Position numbers and translations under genes: made by a program
Shown here: piece by piece, positions 62,561 to 64,000 of the stretch
Position numbering within the stretch: position 1 is the first letter of the stretch
How the letters are laid out: every line of letters begins with the position of its first letter
The notes under the pieces: model-generated
Databases searched by the model: none
What the model was told of the DNA's origin: nothing
The model's input: only the letters and a program-made list of their open reading frames with translations
Assembly (NCBI GenBank): GCA_032718475.1
Contig: JAUCBJ010002525.1
Location: 1 to 64,000 of the forward strand
DNA from: Nemertoderma westbladi
Lineage: Eukaryota; Animalia; Xenacoelomorpha
Direction of reading: 5' to 3'
Length of the DNA stretch: 64,000 nucleotides

Positions 62561-63586
62561 AATTTTTTTTAACATTTATAACAGAGGGATCGTAAGGAGG
62601 TCTACGTAGCAACAACGGTGTGTGGGAGGGGGTCGATTGACCAATGATAGGGGAACTGGGTGCACTGGTGGGTTGGGTGTTGGGATCCTACATGTATGTA
62701 ACCCCTGTAGTTGCTTGCACATTAACGTAAGATGTATCTACCCAATTTATGTAATATATATTCCGGTACCTAACAGGATACTGCGCTAACTAGCACTATG
62801 CTACTTGCACTTATTAATTTGATAATCTTTGAAAGACACGTTAATAAGTGTCAAAGTAAAAATATGCATCTGCTAATTTTAAAACATTTGCTGAATTTCC
62901 CGAGAACCTGTAGCTTAGGTTAGAATCCCTTGAAGTCAGTGAGATTCACTTAAATTTCCAGTTTTCGTGTCCCACTCTGTTCTTGGTTGTTGCACCATTG
63001 GTTCCATGTCGTGGGTAATACATTATACAGTATTTATTACCGATTACTGGTACTGGGGCCTGGTCGACGCAATCAAAATTCATCCCTCGCCAGGGAAAAT
63101 CTACGCAAATAACATGTGATTACTGCCAAAAATCTATTGAGTTTAATTTATTGTTTTGGTTAGATTAACTTGCCACTGTAGGTTGCTACTTTCCAAATTG
63201 AAAAATTAACATTGAGACGAGATATTCATTCAACGAGATGGGAATTTACTTCATAAATTGTCTAGTATAGTTTGTGTAAATGTACCTGGGTTATATTTTC
63301 ACAGACACAGAATCCATTGATCCGTTTATCGGGCGCCACATGCAGGAAGACTGCAGTGTCCTTCTTCCATTTGGGTACTCGGTTGATACCGTGGTCTGCA
63401 GTGCCTAACTCGGCAGACACGATCTGTCGGATTTGGTCCAGTTTGTAGAGGTAGCGAGTCGGGGCTGAGGAGGGGATTATGCGAACTATCCGCGAGCCGG
63501 AGTCGTCTTGTTGGCAAATAAGTGCGCGTTTCCAATCCTACGGGAAATAAAACATGGGTAAAGTAAGTGGAAGGCACCGCATTTTA

Positions 63587-63609
63587 GGTCCGCGTAGCGA
63601 GACCTCTAG
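63587..63609 (+). mobile_element. Helitron-like 3' terminus
   Basis: GC-rich hairpin ggtc-cgcgtagcg-agacc followed by tCTAG|t. The 5' end was not located. Confidence 0.45.
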
Positions 63610-63761
63610 TATTCACTCCGTTGATGTATTATATATTTCGCTGTATCTTATGTATATAAATATATATACTTTTAAAAAATTAAGGTTCCCAGCTGGACTG
63701 GGTTCCATGCTGAATGAATGAATGGAATATTGTTGTTAATTTCTCGGATAATGATTGATAT

Positions 63762-63830
63762 GGCCCCAGTGGCTCAGTTGGCAGAGCGTGGGACTTGGAA
63801 TCTCTAGGTACCGAGTTCAATCCCCCATTC
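63762..63830 (+). ncRNA. tRNA-derived SINE head or tRNA pseudogene
   Basis: A-box TGGCTCAGTTGG, D-arm AGAGC, B-box GAGTTCAATCC. Acceptor stem not intact. Shares ctaggtaccg with the hammerhead-bearing units. Confidence 0.6.
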
Positions 63831-64000
63831 CGGTGAATGTAGCGAGATTCAACTATTCTGACAGAGTGGATGAGTTTTAGGAGACTTGGCAAGTTTTTAA
63901 GAATGCGTTTAAGGCGGAAGGCGGGAGAGAAACTGCAGAGACTCAAAGAGACTTCAAAGAGACAACACCAAACTGTTAAAAGGGTAAAGGAAAAAGAGTT

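Noticed and set aside
63762-63830. Functional tRNA gene
   Set aside because: The acceptor and T stems do not pair properly, so it is better treated as a SINE head or pseudogene.

Overview
This is AT-rich, repeat-dense eukaryotic DNA, inferred to be an invertebrate animal from the KIF7/27 and ESCO homologues, GT-AG introns and animal TE families. Host genes: an intronless KIF27/KIF7(Costal2)-type kinesin (-), the terminal exon of an ESCO/Eco1 cohesin acetyltransferase (-), an intronless glycine-rich cold-shock-domain gene (+) that appears nested antisense in the ESCO intron, and two orphan first-exon candidates. Most of the rest is nested mobile DNA: an intact Ty3/Gypsy LTR element, a P-element (THAP) inside a MULE, a second THAP-transposase ORF, a Merlin derivative, piggyBac-type, MULE-type and other MITEs, a 10 kb EnSpm/CMC-like composite, RTE and CR1/L2-like LINEs, DINE/Helentron-like elements and several tandem arrays. 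The most unusual item is a divergent pair of tRNA-like (Pol III A-box/B-box) units at about 36.7-37.2 kb. Each carries a minimal type I hammerhead ribozyme core between the A and B boxes. All calls come from reading the sequence by eye; no searches or folding were run.
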